Positions 51,747 to 64,000 of a stretch of DNA of 64,000 nucleotides are shown in pieces (positions within the stretch are counted from its first letter, which is position 1; each line of letters starts with the position of its first letter). The notes under the pieces were generated by a model. That model was not told where the DNA came from. It made no database searches and saw only the letters and a list, made by a program, of their open reading frames with translations. The translations under genes were made by a program, and so were the position numbers. The stretch covers positions 94,051,366-94,115,365 of the forward strand of contig JARDVH010000163.1 of NCBI GenBank assembly GCA_030324005.1, in the 5' to 3' direction. The stretch is from Negaprion brevirostris (Eukaryota).

Positions 51747-52056
51747 GGGTGAAAGGGTGGCACAGTGGTTAGCACTGCTGCCTCACAGTGACAGGGACCT
51801 GGGTTGGATTCCCAGTTCATGTGGAGTTTATACCTTCTCCCCATGTCTGCGAGGATTTTCTCTAGGTGCTCTGGTTTCTTCCCATAGTCCAAAGATGTAT
51901 GAATTAGGTGGATTGGCCATGCTAAATTGACCCTAGTGTCAGGGGGATTAACACGGCAAATGTTTGGGGTTGTAGGAATAGGGCCTGGGAGGGATTATGA
52001 TCAGAGCAGACTCGATGGGCCAAATGGCCTCTTTCTGCACTGTAGGGAGTCTATGA
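51747..52056 (+). mobile_element. HE1 SINE (V-SINE), near full length
   Basis: tRNA head ggtggcacagtggttagcactgctgcctcacag, V-domain tgtggagttt..ttctccccatgtctgcg..tccaaaga, and CR1-like tail gactcgatgggccaaatggcct; HE1 is an elasmobranch family. Confidence 0.9.
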
Positions 52057-52389
52057 AAGAGATGCTGCTGCACTCAGGCCAAAGCTACTCTAAGCCAGTA
52101 GCTAGCAGACATGCGACATCAACCTTCTATCTTACAGTTAGGTTCCTGAACTAATGATCCAGAGAGAATGTGAGATCAGATTCCACGATGCAGTTCGGGA
52201 ATTTAAATTCAGACGTTTTTAAGAATCTGGAAATAACTGGTATCAATAATAAAAGTGGCTGTGGAGCTGTCAGATTATTATTAAAAAAAAACTGAATTAT
52301 TTGAGTGTAAAAGGCAAATGTTTCAACCAGAGGAAGATTCCTCTGAGTATCCACATGCTTTTCCCACCATCTCAGTTGCCCATTTTCAA

Positions 52390-53740
52390 CCAGCTCAATT
52401 GACGCTACTTGATGTCAAGAAGTGACTAAGTGCACTGGACACACCAAAACTATGGCAACATTCCAACTGCAGTGGTGAAGACCTAACCAAACTGTTGCAG
52501 TGCAACAAGGACACTAGTGTCTGCTAAACTGCATGAAAAGTTTTCAGATACCTCTTGTCCACGAAAATGCAGGAAAATTCCCTGCATTTACTTTATTAGT
52601 CTACTCCACATCATTAGCAAAATATTGTTGGTGGTGGAATTAAGCAGCAGTTGGGGAAGTTGGTGGCTAGTGGCAATGTCACTGGACCAGTAATCCAGAG
52701 GCTTAGGCTAAGGATCTGAGGGTTGTGGGATTGAACTCTGCCACAGCAGCCGATGGAATTTAAGTTAAATTAATAAAATCTGGAATTGAAAGCTAGTCTC
52801 AGTAAAGATGACCATGAAACTATCATTGATTGTCATAAAAATCCATCTGGTTCACTAAAACCCTTTAGGGAAGGAAATCTGCAATCTTTACTTGGCCTGC
52901 CTACATGTGACTCCAATGTGGTTGATTCTTAACTGCCCTCTGAAATGGCCTTGAAAGCCATTCAGTTTAAGGATAATTCAGCTTGGGCAACAAACATTGC
53001 CAGTGATGACCATGTTCCATGGAAGGATTAAAAAAAAGTTACTTGCCAATAATCTGCTTAAATTGGGTTCTGTTAGGTCCACACTATTCAAAGATTTCTT
53101 AGAGCTCTGATCAAAACATGAGAGCAACAGCTAAATTCTAGAGCTGAGGTGACAGTGACTTGTTTTAGTATAAAGGTAGCATTCAACAAAGGATAGCACA
53201 AGAATCCCCAGTAAAACTGAAATCAATGGTAATGGGGTAGGAAACTCTTCAATACCCACAACATACCAGAGATGCTACTGATGCTTTGGTAGTTGGAGGA
53301 TGCTCATTTTGGTGGTGTAGGAGTTCTTCCAGGCACAATCCTGCACCCAGCCATCTTCAGCTGCTTTATCAATGGTCTTAGTTTACTATGAGGTCAAAAC
53401 TGGGGCTGTTTGCTGATGATTGCAGTGTTCGGTGGTATTCACAATTCCCAAGTAATGAAGAGGCCCGTAACGCAAAACTTGCAGAACATCCAAGTTTGGA
53501 CTATAGAGCGGCATTTTCACTACATAACTGTTGGTCAAAAAAAAAGTAAGAGAGAGCATAACTATTTTCTCTTAACATTTAGTGACATTTCCATTACTGT
53601 ACCCCATCAATAACATCCTAGAGACCTAATTGACCAGAAACACAAATGGATCAGTCAGATGAACATCAGGGCTGTTAGACTAGACCACAGGCTGGACATT
53701 CTGAGGTGAATGGCTGATTTTCTGACTCTCTGTAATGTCT
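52390..53740 (+). mobile_element. Old CR1/L2-group LINE RT remnant interrupted by a SINE
   Basis: GVLPGTILHPAIFSCFINGL and LFADDCSV at about 53320-53430. Confidence 0.7.
52652..53038 (+). mobile_element. Full-length tRNA-derived SINE with LINE-derived tail
   Basis: Head tggtggctagtggcaatgtcactggac, degenerate B box and A-rich end; related copies at 30141 and 57920. Confidence 0.75.
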
Positions 53741-54139
53741 CTGCTATGGGAAGTTACAGATCCTTTTTACTCCTAGTCTTTATATTCTAGTGAATCTTGT
53801 GGGAAAATGAACACATATGGATCCTAAATGGTCAAAGGATTGTGTTTCCTCTAAAGTGAAATAGCCTCCCCGCACTGTCTGTGTTCTCACATGAAAAATG
53901 ATCACTTGTGTGAAATACTGGAAAGGTCAGCCAGCACTTTGGAGATGTGCCACGATATGAATCAGTGCTTTAAGGATTGTGGCCAGGAATCTGTTTGGGG
54001 TTCTTCTGATTGGTTATTGTAGCTACAGTGAAAGATTTGTGTAAACCACAGAGATGTCTGATTATAAGGTCTCCTCTGAAATTACAGCAATTGATTGGTT
54101 AAACCTCTGAAGAAATTTCCAGTGATGACCTGAATTAAC

Positions 54140-54350
54140 ATCAGTGCAGCAGTGAGGGAGCACTTCATTCTCAGTCACCATCTTCCAGATGAGGTGTTAA
54201 ACCAAATCTCCTTGTGCTTGATTGCACAGAGGTAAAAGATGCCATGATAATTTTTTCAAAGAAGAATGGGGAGTTCTCCCAGTGACTAGGCTAACATACC
54301 TCACTACAGTTGAAAAGTAATTAATTGGCTGTGAAGCACTTTGGGACATT
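54140..54350 (+). mobile_element. DeuSINE (SacSINE1/AmnSINE1-like)
   Basis: cagatgaggtgttaaacc..gtaaaagatgccatg..aagaagaatggggagttctccc (Deu domain) and gtgaagcactttgggac tail. Confidence 0.7.
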
Positions 54351-54604
54351 CTAATGTTGGCAAGTGCGAGGTGGTCCACTTTGGTAGGAATAATGTTAGG
54401 AAGGACTATTACTTACGTGGCGAAAAACNNNNNNNNNNNNNNNNNNNNNNNNNNNNNNNNNNNNNNNNNNNNNNNNNNNNNNNNNNNNNNNNNNNNNNNN
54501 NNNNNNNNNNNNNNNNNNNNNNNNNNNNTGATCTTACTGAATGGCGGGGCAGGCTCGAAGGGCTGGATGGCCTACTCCTGCTCCTATTTCTTATGTTCTT
54601 ATGT
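54350..54604 (+). mobile_element. Young CR1 LINE across a gap
   Basis: NVGKCEVVHFGRNN before the gap; 3' UTR with (TTCTTATG)n after it. Confidence 0.9.
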
Positions 54605-57600
54605 AGATGATACCAAACTTTTTCTTTCTTTCCGTTGAGGAGAGAAGAAAGTCATAGTTGATGGAATACTCTTTAGCTTGTAATATTGTAAACAATCTTT
54701 ATTAAAATTGTGCTATAAGCTACCTTGACATGACTTTCAGAATGATGGTTATTGACCATTTTCTTTGTTTGCCAATGTTACTTCTGATTGGACTTCTTGG
54801 AAGATATGCAAGTGTAAATAAGGTAACTCCCTACTCCCTTGATTCTGATAGTGAAGTTTTTGGCTTAGTGTTTTCCTCCAGGTAGTAATTAAGGGAAGGA
54901 ATTCACTGCTTTGATAATCACTGGCATAAACTATATTCTAACACATCTAATGCTAAATTAGAGGATCAGCACATTCACTATCTTTCCATTCTAATGTACT
55001 TTAATGTATTTGGTCACACATTGATACTATTACATTTGTCCTATTGCAAACTGTTATACATTTTTCACAATTAATTTTTAACTTATAAGGTCATTGTGCA
55101 ATGGGAAGGAAAGCAATGTTTAAAACAAACGTAGGAGCCTTCACTTAGTGCACGTGACAATAGTATAATGAATTATAATACTGTAAAATGGAAGTGATTT
55201 GGCCAGAGGTTTTGTAGCTTTAGTATCCTTTGCTTGTTAATTTTCTGTGCTAATATCTCTTCTCTAATGAAGGTTTTGACTTTATTCATTGCTGTGCTTC
55301 TTCAACATTTCTCTTTGCTTCCACAGCCATTCACAAATGAATCTTGCTGGGAAAGCTTGAAGGGTATTTGTTGAAAAATTCAAAGCTGAGCCCAACTCTG
55401 TTCTCACCTGAAATCCATACAGATGCAATTTCTAGCAAAGATCATGCTTGAGAAGCGAGAACCATGGCTAACTTTCCTCTTGTTCAAACTACAGAGGCAA
55501 AAGACCAAGGTTCTTTGCTACTGCCTTGGTTGACAACTTCAAACATACAATAATATTGGGCTGTCAGATTTAGTTGTACATTGGTTAAGCTTTTAAAGGA
55601 GCTCAGTTTAATTATGATGATCTTAAATGTGTGCTGCAATGCACTTTTCTATCATAAATGACACAAATCCATTATCGTGTTTTGATTGAGCAGTGTGAAG
55701 GTTTTACTTTGTACGCATTACTTGAGTGATCTGTAATTGAAGCAAACAAAGCAACAACATTTAATTAGGCCATTAATTTTTCCTACTTGGCAACATTTCA
55801 ACATGACTAATTAAATATTGTTATCAACGTTTAATGCAGAGAGCTAAATTTGTTAACCCCCAAAAATGCGGTCAGGTGTCATGATGCATGATTAACCAAC
55901 ATCAGAGATTCCAATTCAGGCAGATCACAAATGTTGTGCTGCCTGTTAAGTTACATGACTGCAAGTCCAGCCACTGCTAACTGTGCTATTGATTGGTGGG
56001 ATGCCTGAACCGGGAGGGGGTAGTATCTTGAGTGGCGAGCATCAATCTAGTAGACATGAGCCTGCACCACTTAAAAATGATGGTGCACTATGACGGGGCA
56101 GCACTGGAAGTACTCTGTGAGATGTCGCTGTCTTCCTCATGCACCCCTGGCCTGGGTCCCTCTGCTATGTTAGACCTCTTCTTGGGTGCAGCAGCTCTCC
56201 ATGGTGCTGCCGGCCTCTGATAATGGGATTTTCTCCTTGAATCTGGAGGCGAGCCCAACACTGGCCAGAGAAGTACCTGACAGACACTTAATTCCATTGG
56301 GCGTTCTCCAGCTGTGGGAACTTGAGGCTCCCGAGGGGTTGGTAAAAAACCCACGGACAGATGTTTCCTGCACATCAACAGGCATCCTCCCCTGCCCTGT
56401 TTTTGGTACCATGGGTTTCATTGTATGTACACTAGGCACATGGATTGCTCAATGGAGTCATCAACTATGGTTAACTTTTCCATTTCACATGGGAGTTGCC
56501 ACAATGATGGCTGATCACTCTTAATGTCAACCAACATTCTTTGAGGGGGGATTTGATGAGTGGTTTTACAAACAGCTGCCCTTCCTGGCACTATCTTTCC
56601 CCATCCTTCACAGTTACCTGGACTGTAACCAAGCATCAATACATGCCTACTTGCCTGAGCCAGAGTCTGGCTTCTTCCTTGGTGAAAAGTCCTAGAGTGT
56701 GACTTGAACCTAGGATCTTCTGGCTCAGAGATAGAAGAACTACCCACTCAGCCACTGCAGCTCCCTAAGAACTATTATTTCAACAGCTTATTTTAAGTAG
56801 CATATAACATTCAAACCCCTTATCATGGTGAGGCCAGCGGGTATAATGGACTGAGTGCTGCAGGCAAATGTTGACATTGTCGTTGGAAAAATCTTACACT
56901 GGAACTTTCAATGTATTTGATTGTTGCAGGCCACTCAGCATTTTGGCTGTATTAAATATATAATCAAATCCATCTATTTATGGTCTTCATGAGAAAATAA
57001 AGCTGTTACAATTTCTGGGCCCTCCTTTAGATATTTCACACGTCCAATATCAATGCCTATTTCCATTAAAAAAAAACCCTTACTCTTTACTGTGTCTGCG
57101 ATACCTGACAGGGGTGCACAGATTGCAATCCTTTTGTGATCTGTTCATTGGAAAAGACGTAAGCCCTCACTTGGCCTTTTTTGATAAGGGAAGAATGATT
57201 GATTTGTTTGGTTGTAATGGTTTAGGTTATGATCAGAGGGATCACAGGATTGTTACAGGGTAGAGGGAAGCTATTCAGCCCATCACATCTGGACCAGCTG
57301 TCTAATTGAGCAGTTCACCTAGAGCCATACCCCTGCTTTCTAGTTGGAGCCTTGCACTTTATTCCTTTTGAGGTCACAGTATAATTCCCTTTTAAATGCC
57401 TTGATTGAAGCTGCCTTCACCACATGCTCTCACCTCTTAATCAACTTTATGAAAGTAAAAATTTAACAGTGGCCAAAAAAAAATTAACATGACAGATTCC
57501 ATTAAATTATATTTCTTATTCCACAGAAATAAGATACATTTTTTCTTATAACATGCAATTTGGATTGATTTGTGTAATACAAACTTTATGCCAGTACTCT

Positions 57601-57919
57601 CTGCCTCAAGGAGCCTTTCTTTGTTCATCTCTATGTGGTCTGCAGCACAGTAGAACAGGAGGAAGTATTAAGTTAGATAAAAGCTGCTGAATATGTTTCT
57701 TTGCCTGGATATGAAGCTGTCAATCAACTCCATTTCCCCATAGACACGCTAAGGCATTCCCTGCCATAAGAAGCAGGTTACTTTAATCTGATTTTGTAGA
57801 CATTTGAGATTGCCACTCGTCAAACAAAAGATTTACCATTCCTAATGCATTTACATGTCAGAGGAAAGTTTTTTTTGCAGGATTTCTACCTTTAAGTATG
57901 AGTGCTTTTAAAACCAATT

Positions 57920-58295
57920 TACAGGATGTGTGTGTCACTGGCAAAGCGGCATTTCTTTTGGCCTTTTCTGATTTCCCTTGACTGAGTGGCTTGCTAGGTC
58001 AATTCAGAGGGAAGTTGAGGATCAGCAACATAGTGTAGGTCTGGAGTCACATATAAGCCAGGAGTCACATGCAAGTCAAAGTGAGTAAGGACAACAGGTT
58101 TCCTTTCCTAAATGACATGATTTTTACATCAATCCACTGGTTACGTGGTCACCATTACTGATGCTCATTTTATTCCAGATTATTTTTTAAATTACTAAAT
58201 ATAAATTCCCCAGATGTTTTTGAGGGACTATAATTCATGTCTCCAGGTCCATGGTCGAAGTGTCTGGATTATGAGCCCAGTAGCGTAAACACTAT
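57920..58295 (-). mobile_element. SINE related to the 52652 family
   Basis: actgagtggcttgctaggtc..cagaggg..ctggagtcacat is the reverse of the 52.9 kb sequence. Confidence 0.7.
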
Positions 58296-61200
58296 CCTAT
58301 CATTCCCTACGAACAATTTCCTCACACCTCTACAATTCATCCTTGATTCTCTGCCAAGTCACCATTTACATCATTTGAATGTTCCAAACTGAGACTAGTG
58401 GTGAAACAACTCCACATTTCCTGGATTTGGACCACAGCAGTATTTGGGGTAAATTACAATGATGAACTGCTGTTAAAGCAGAAAGGTGGAGTTTTTTGTA
58501 TTCGGATTTCCGCAGGTAAAAATATAGAAAAATACAAAAAGTTTTTCTTCGCTGTTGTGCCCACAACCACCTTATTCTGATTTTTTTCACAACCAGGTAA
58601 ATTTTGGACACTTCCTGCTCACCCCCCCACCTCCCTCCCTCACCCTCCCTCACCCAAAAGGAACAGGGTATCAATTCTTGTCTTTTAGACTGCCTGAGAG
58701 TCAGGTTTACAGTGGTTGGTTGGCTGCTCGTGTCGCACAAAAAACCCATGGAACTGAGATGGCCCTTGTCTCGTCTCTGCTTGCTTCTTGGCAGCTTGCT
58801 GTTGCTTCCAATGTTCTGTAGTGCAATGGGGGACATGTCTGACCTAGCAGATGATGGTATACTGTAGGTACAGCTCCTAGCTAGTACTCAACATCATCAT
58901 CATCATCATCTTCCTCCTTCTTGTCTGTTGTCCATTGTGGTGATGGATTTGCAGTCGAGAAAAAAAATGGTGATCCTTAGCCTTTGGAAAAAGGAGACAG
59001 AAAAGGAGCATCCAAGGTTATGGGAATAAGAATATTTCTCAAGGATAGTTATGCAACTCTGCTTTAAGGGGAGCTGGGGTCCAGGCTGGGCAAAAAGAAA
59101 GAGAGAAAGTTTACAGGTATAGAAGTAGTAGTGGGAGTGGAGTAGATTTAAGGAGTGAGCCACTGACATTGTGGAAGAAAGACAGGTAGAGAAATAGCAA
59201 GGCCAAGTGTACAGGTACGAAAGTGACTACATTCCTTCATTTATCATGTGCAGCACCACTGCAGATCTGCTAGGATTATAAATATGTTAGTATGGCAAGT
59301 GCCCAGTTTGTTAATGCTTCTAGTTACTGATCAGTTTCACAATTCCTTGAATCACATTTTTTATATCCTATCTTTGTGAAACTGCTTAGCTGCTGTGCAA
59401 AGTTATTCCTACTTGATATAAATTTATTCCAGCTGATTGGGTAATATGCTTGTTTATTAATTATCATTAACTATAATCATATGCAATTCCCTTATAAATG
59501 AGAAGACAGCTCAGAATCACTTAATGTATTTGTCAGAAGCATCTTGTCCATGTTATTCTCCTTCAGCCTCTCTATCACATAGCTTCTAACACAATAAGAT
59601 CTGTGAAAAAAATCACACTTCTTCATGCAATTAAGTTTGCAAATAGAATTGTCTTTGTGTCTTTGAGTATTTGCATTACTGGATTCACATGAAGGTCTCA
59701 GCATCTCTCCAAAGCCTAGCATCGGGGTTGCTATTCATTCCATTCCTATCAATCATTCTTGTCAACTGAAGTAAATTACCACACTCCCTTCCTCAGTGCC
59801 TTCCTAAACATCCCTCCCCAAAGCTGTCAGATCCTGACACTTCTCTAATGTTGTCACTTTCAGGTACTCCTCTGCTATTAAAATTCCCTCCCACAGCACT
59901 GAAAAATCCAAGAAATCCTCCACTGAACAAAACTCTACACTCTCAATCTATCTGCCAGTTTTACCAAACCCCAGATGTAACAACTTCAATGCGGTCCATG
60001 AGGTAGGCCTCTTGAAGTATGAGCTCTCTGATTGAGGCCGTGATTGCCTGCTCACCTGTATATTATTATGGGAGTATGAGGTCTACTGGCACTCTGGATT
60101 CCATCGTTGTACCTGAAGCAGCCTTAGGAGTAGAACTGAGTTTGTAAATACCGGGAATCTGATGAAGGGACGGCAGCCTCTGAGGAGCTATTTCACCAGC
60201 TTCCCCTTCTCCAATGCTGCCAAATTACTGGATTCAATACAGTTAAACTCCGATTTGTTGTTTGAAGTGTTGCTAAAGCCTAAGAAATCTCATCTCCTAC
60301 CACTTTGCAAAACTGCAAAACACATGACAAAAAAAGAAATGAGGAACTTGGACTTCAGCAGTATCTTACATGATCTGAGGACATTCCAAAGTGTTTCACA
60401 ACCATGAAGTAGTTTTGGACTTTAATCACCGTTAAAATAATGCAAGACAGTGTTCAAGAATCCATTTCCAAATCTGTAACAGGCCAATGCAGCTGAAACC
60501 CGACCAGCATACGGAACCCTCACCCAATCACAGGTGAAACCTCAGGATTCTTTCTTCCTGTTGCTAACAACTAAAATACCCCCTTCCATTACTTGTAAAG
60601 CCTCAGGCCCTTTGCTCTTTCCCCCCACTGCTAAACCCCAGGACCTTTATCTGACTTTGAATATATTGATACATTGTGCATTAATGGCATAACACCACTA
60701 TTGATGCAATGCATCATGTGACTTACTGTGAATAATGTGCTGGGAAATCTACTAATGAGGGCTATAAAATGTTATATATTCACATTTCTTACCTGCAAAA
60801 TTTCTGAGTGCTGATCCTACTGTTTGAATTGCCCAGGGAACATTAATCCTGTTTCTTGGGTGCCAGCAGTGCCCTCAAAAGCTCCAAGCTGGTGTTTGTG
60901 GCATATACACACTTGTGGAATGAATGATGGCAGTGCCACGATGTAAGCTTCAGAATGTATATAATGAACATCACCAGAAATTCTCATAAGTTGCATAAAT
61001 AAACAAAACAGGAAGGCCCCATTCCCCACTAGTGTGATTAAAAGGGAGCATTTACTGGTTAGTTGCTGGTTGATTTATTGTGGATAAACTTATGATTCTG
61101 AGCTTTTGTTGGTTTGTGTAATTATTTCAAGCTATAAAATTCTAGATGGAGAAGTGTGGAAGGTGTTGGAAGTTTTTGCTGACCTCAGGGCTTCAACTCA

Positions 61201-61687
61201 AAACAGTTGCTTCCAGACATGGGTGTACTTGTAGATATTCTTTTTGGAATGCTGAACAACTTGGAGATTAAGGAGAGGACACACTGAGCAGGAGAAGCTT
61301 CTGGGAGAGGGAAGAGGACCAAGAGTAAGATGAGGGTAGCTGAGACATCCCTGTTCTTCCGAGATGGTCTGCGAAGAACTCATCCGAGTATGACACTGGT
61401 AAAANNNNNNNNNNCCCAAGTTTTTCATCCACTAACAGTTCTGTACCATCTTTTTTACCTGATTGATTGATAGAGATTGTTGTTTGGTGTTTGATGGAGT
61501 GTGATGATTTGAAGAGTGGCTTGTGCTAGTGCCACATTTGGTAAGACATGACATTGAAGATGAAGTCACTGACTTGACTGGATCATGTGAAGTTATCGAA
61601 CTTTTAGCGTCATTGCATATTGGCCCTATGGCCATATTCCTGACATTGACTTCCACTGCTCTCTACTCCCACTGCCTTTTTGATTGT

Positions 61688-62662
61688 GGGCCCGATTTTA
61701 CCATTTTGATTCAAAGTGCTAAGCGGACTTGAAACTGGGAGTGTTTCAGATCTGTCTGTTAGACCCATTCTCAGGTGCCCCCATACGTACCCTGCCTGCA
61801 AAAATATCAGCGATTCTGAATCGTGCTGCACAAGCCTGTGGGCGGGGCTTTACGTGCCCAAAACCCTGCAGCTCCAATCAGTACCTCCAACTGCACGTGC
61901 ACAGAAAAACAATGATGGAATGCTGCTCCCTTGCCATGTCTCTCCTGGGTCAGATAATGCCTCCCCCTGGTCCCCACAGACACTGCCCCACCCTCATAGC
62001 ATTACTGACCCCCTTACCACCCCCACCGATCTCAGACAGAGCGGCAGCAGACCTCCCTTTTCTCCCCTCCTATTCATCTCAGGCAGAGTAGCAGCAGATC
62101 CACCCCCCACTGATCTCAGGCAGAGTTGCAGTGGACCCCCCTTCCTCCCTACTGATCTCGGGCAGAGTGGCAGCGGACCCCCTTTCGCTCCCACTGATCT
62201 CAAGCAGAGTGGCAGCGTAGAGTGGCTGTCTCCCTCCACTGATCTCAGGCAGAGTGCCAGTGGAGAACCCCTCTTCCTCCCCACTGATCTCAGGCAGAGT
62301 GGCAGTCGACCCCATTTAGCCTCCACTGATCTCAAGCACAGTGGCAGGAGACACCGCCCNNNNNNNNNNNNNNNNNNNNNNNNNNNNNNNNNNNNNNNNN
62401 NNNNNNNNNNNNNNNNNNNNNNNNNNNNNNNNNNNNNNNNNNNNNNNNNNNNNNNNNNNCCCCCCCCACCAAATGCACGCAAATTCATTTAGATGGCTGT
62501 TGCGCCCATTTCGGGCACGGTTATGATTGCGGCCATTTTTGGGCCTTGCTAACAGGGGATCCGACGCGGAGGCGAGTGCAGATCATATTACTTGCCTCGT
62601 GCCCAACTTTATCAAGTTTGCATGCCCAAAAATGGGTGCAAAGTGATGGTAAAATAAGGTCC
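61688..62662. mobile_element. Non-autonomous Harbinger-like element containing a minisatellite
   Basis: TIRs gggcccgattttaccat / atggtaaaataaggtcc; TGT TSD. Confidence 0.75.
62022..62359. repeat. ~43 bp GC-rich minisatellite, at least 8 copies, running into a gap
   Basis: Core ccactgatctcaggcagagtggcag with variable pyrimidine-rich linkers. Confidence 0.92.
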
Positions 62663-64000
62663 TGTGTGTTTGTTGGGTTTCCTGATCCTTTAAAGATACT
62701 AGTTGTCTCGCCCACTTTCCATCTCCTCCACCAGGCCTATGTTGGGAGCATACTCTCTCCCAGATTGTGTCATTCTTCACTGTTTCCCAGGCCATGTTCA
62801 CTTCCTGCAAGACTGCAAGCACCTGCTCCAGCCATATATTACACCTCCCCTTTAAGAGCTGCAGGCTAGCTTTAAGTGGCGTTTGGAAGTTAGGATTTTG
62901 GGCTGCCTGTTGGTGTATGCAGCAAGTAAAGAGTGCAATTAGCACTGGCTGTGTTTAGCAATCATTTTAATGAGCATGCAGTAGAATGGTGTGCTGCTTG
63001 CTTTTCAATCAGTTGCCAAGGGTTAATCTCATTGTGATCACCAGACTGTTTTAGGGGCTTTCCAGTGTAGCCCTGGATGTATGTATTTATTTTCAGATGC
63101 CTGTCGTTAAGAAGCAGTTACTTCATTGTTGCAAAGCTGATCTTTTCAAACTTCTTTCTTAATTGTTTCTGTGCAGGTTAATCCCTCCCACTATGTTCAA
63201 ACACGGGTCCTTTTCCCCCACAACATTCTCCATGAACAACACTACAGGAAGGCCACTAGTATTTATAGAAAAAGCTCACAAAAGGTGATATCAGGTTTTA
63301 AATGACTGAACAATGATTTCTAAAAACATCTACCATTTAAGTCCTCTCAGTTGTTTATTAAGGTATAACAGTTATAGCAATGTTTGCATCTGGTAGGTCA
63401 GTATTCCATGATCACTTTTCTACATCAATGCTAAGAGTTCTTAACTACCTGAATTAATGTAAACCTGCGTACTATATTTCACTGGACTAAAAATCAATGG
63501 GCTCTGTAATTTGATCCCAAAATAAGAGCCAAAAACTTTGCCACTGAATCCCAAAGTTTGAAGAATCAGTGAGACATTTACTAATTCATTTTGCTCGGGA
63601 TGTTCACCTGAACTTGCCACTGTTGGTCACCAGCACAACTAAGGGCATAACTAATGCTCCTGTCCAATGAAAAACCTACATACAGCATCATACTCTGTCA
63701 TTTCAATGAATGCAGCTTGGTCTCACTGCCTTGCAAAAAAAATTGTTCTGTTTGAAAAGAGTCTGCTTTTAAAAGTAGAAAATAAATTCCTTGTCTAAAA
63801 TCCAAAAGGTTGCAGGCCTTGGCCTGAATCCCAAGTTGGGGCTATCTATGACCCTGGTTTCACTACCACCCATCAGGTTCTGGACCTCTGCAAGTTTTGG
63901 CAACTCCAGCTGGTGGATTTCCTTCCTTTCTGCCATATTAATGATGTTGCTTTATACACATGGCATCTCTATTCCCTACAAGGTAACATGAAAGCCTCAA

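Noticed and set aside
51747-51820. tRNA-like heads here and at 12520-12600 and 32600-32660
   Set aside because: They have A/B boxes but continue into SINE bodies; they are not tRNA genes.
55840-56400. Possible further Harbinger remnant with a Myb-like start (YDGAALEVL)
   Set aside because: Too degraded; no second TIR or further motifs could be confirmed.
61716-62492. 258-aa ORF with PTDLRQSGS repeats, and the CRISPR-like look of the repeat-linker array
   Set aside because: The ORF is a by-product of a stop-free minisatellite plus an N-gap; linkers are short and related, the context is eukaryotic and there are no cas genes.
63097-63200. Acceptor-like sites (ttttcag|atgcctgtc, gtgcag|gttaatc) as the next FOXP exon
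   Set aside because: Neither encodes VPVSVAMMTPQ; the next exon is probably beyond the window or in a gap.

Overview
Vertebrate genomic DNA, almost certainly an elasmobranch (shark) draft assembly: it carries an HE1/V-SINE, DeuSINE-type SINEs, many CR1 LINE ends and N-gaps that fall mostly inside young repeats. The window appears to lie inside a FOXP-family gene on the + strand, best matching FOXP1. One clear coding exon is present: 41586-41675, [34 protein letters not shown]-bounded, phase 0-0. Neither the canonical MMQES start exon nor the next VPVSVAMM exon was found. 1.35 kb upstream is a putative alternative first exon (ORF 39936-40235, 100 codons). It can splice in frame to that exon, resembles (from memory) the internal alternative first exon of human FOXP1, begins with a signal-peptide-like segment, and overlaps forkhead and FOX:ETS sites. 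This is the most interesting feature. The rest is intron: CR1 and L2 LINE fragments, SINEs, a fossil two-gene PIF/Harbinger transposon, several related MITEs with 3-bp TSDs, Penelope-like ends with a decayed hammerhead ribozyme, decayed tandem arrays and candidate conserved non-coding blocks. No searches were run; family calls come from motif recognition and repeat boundaries are approximate.
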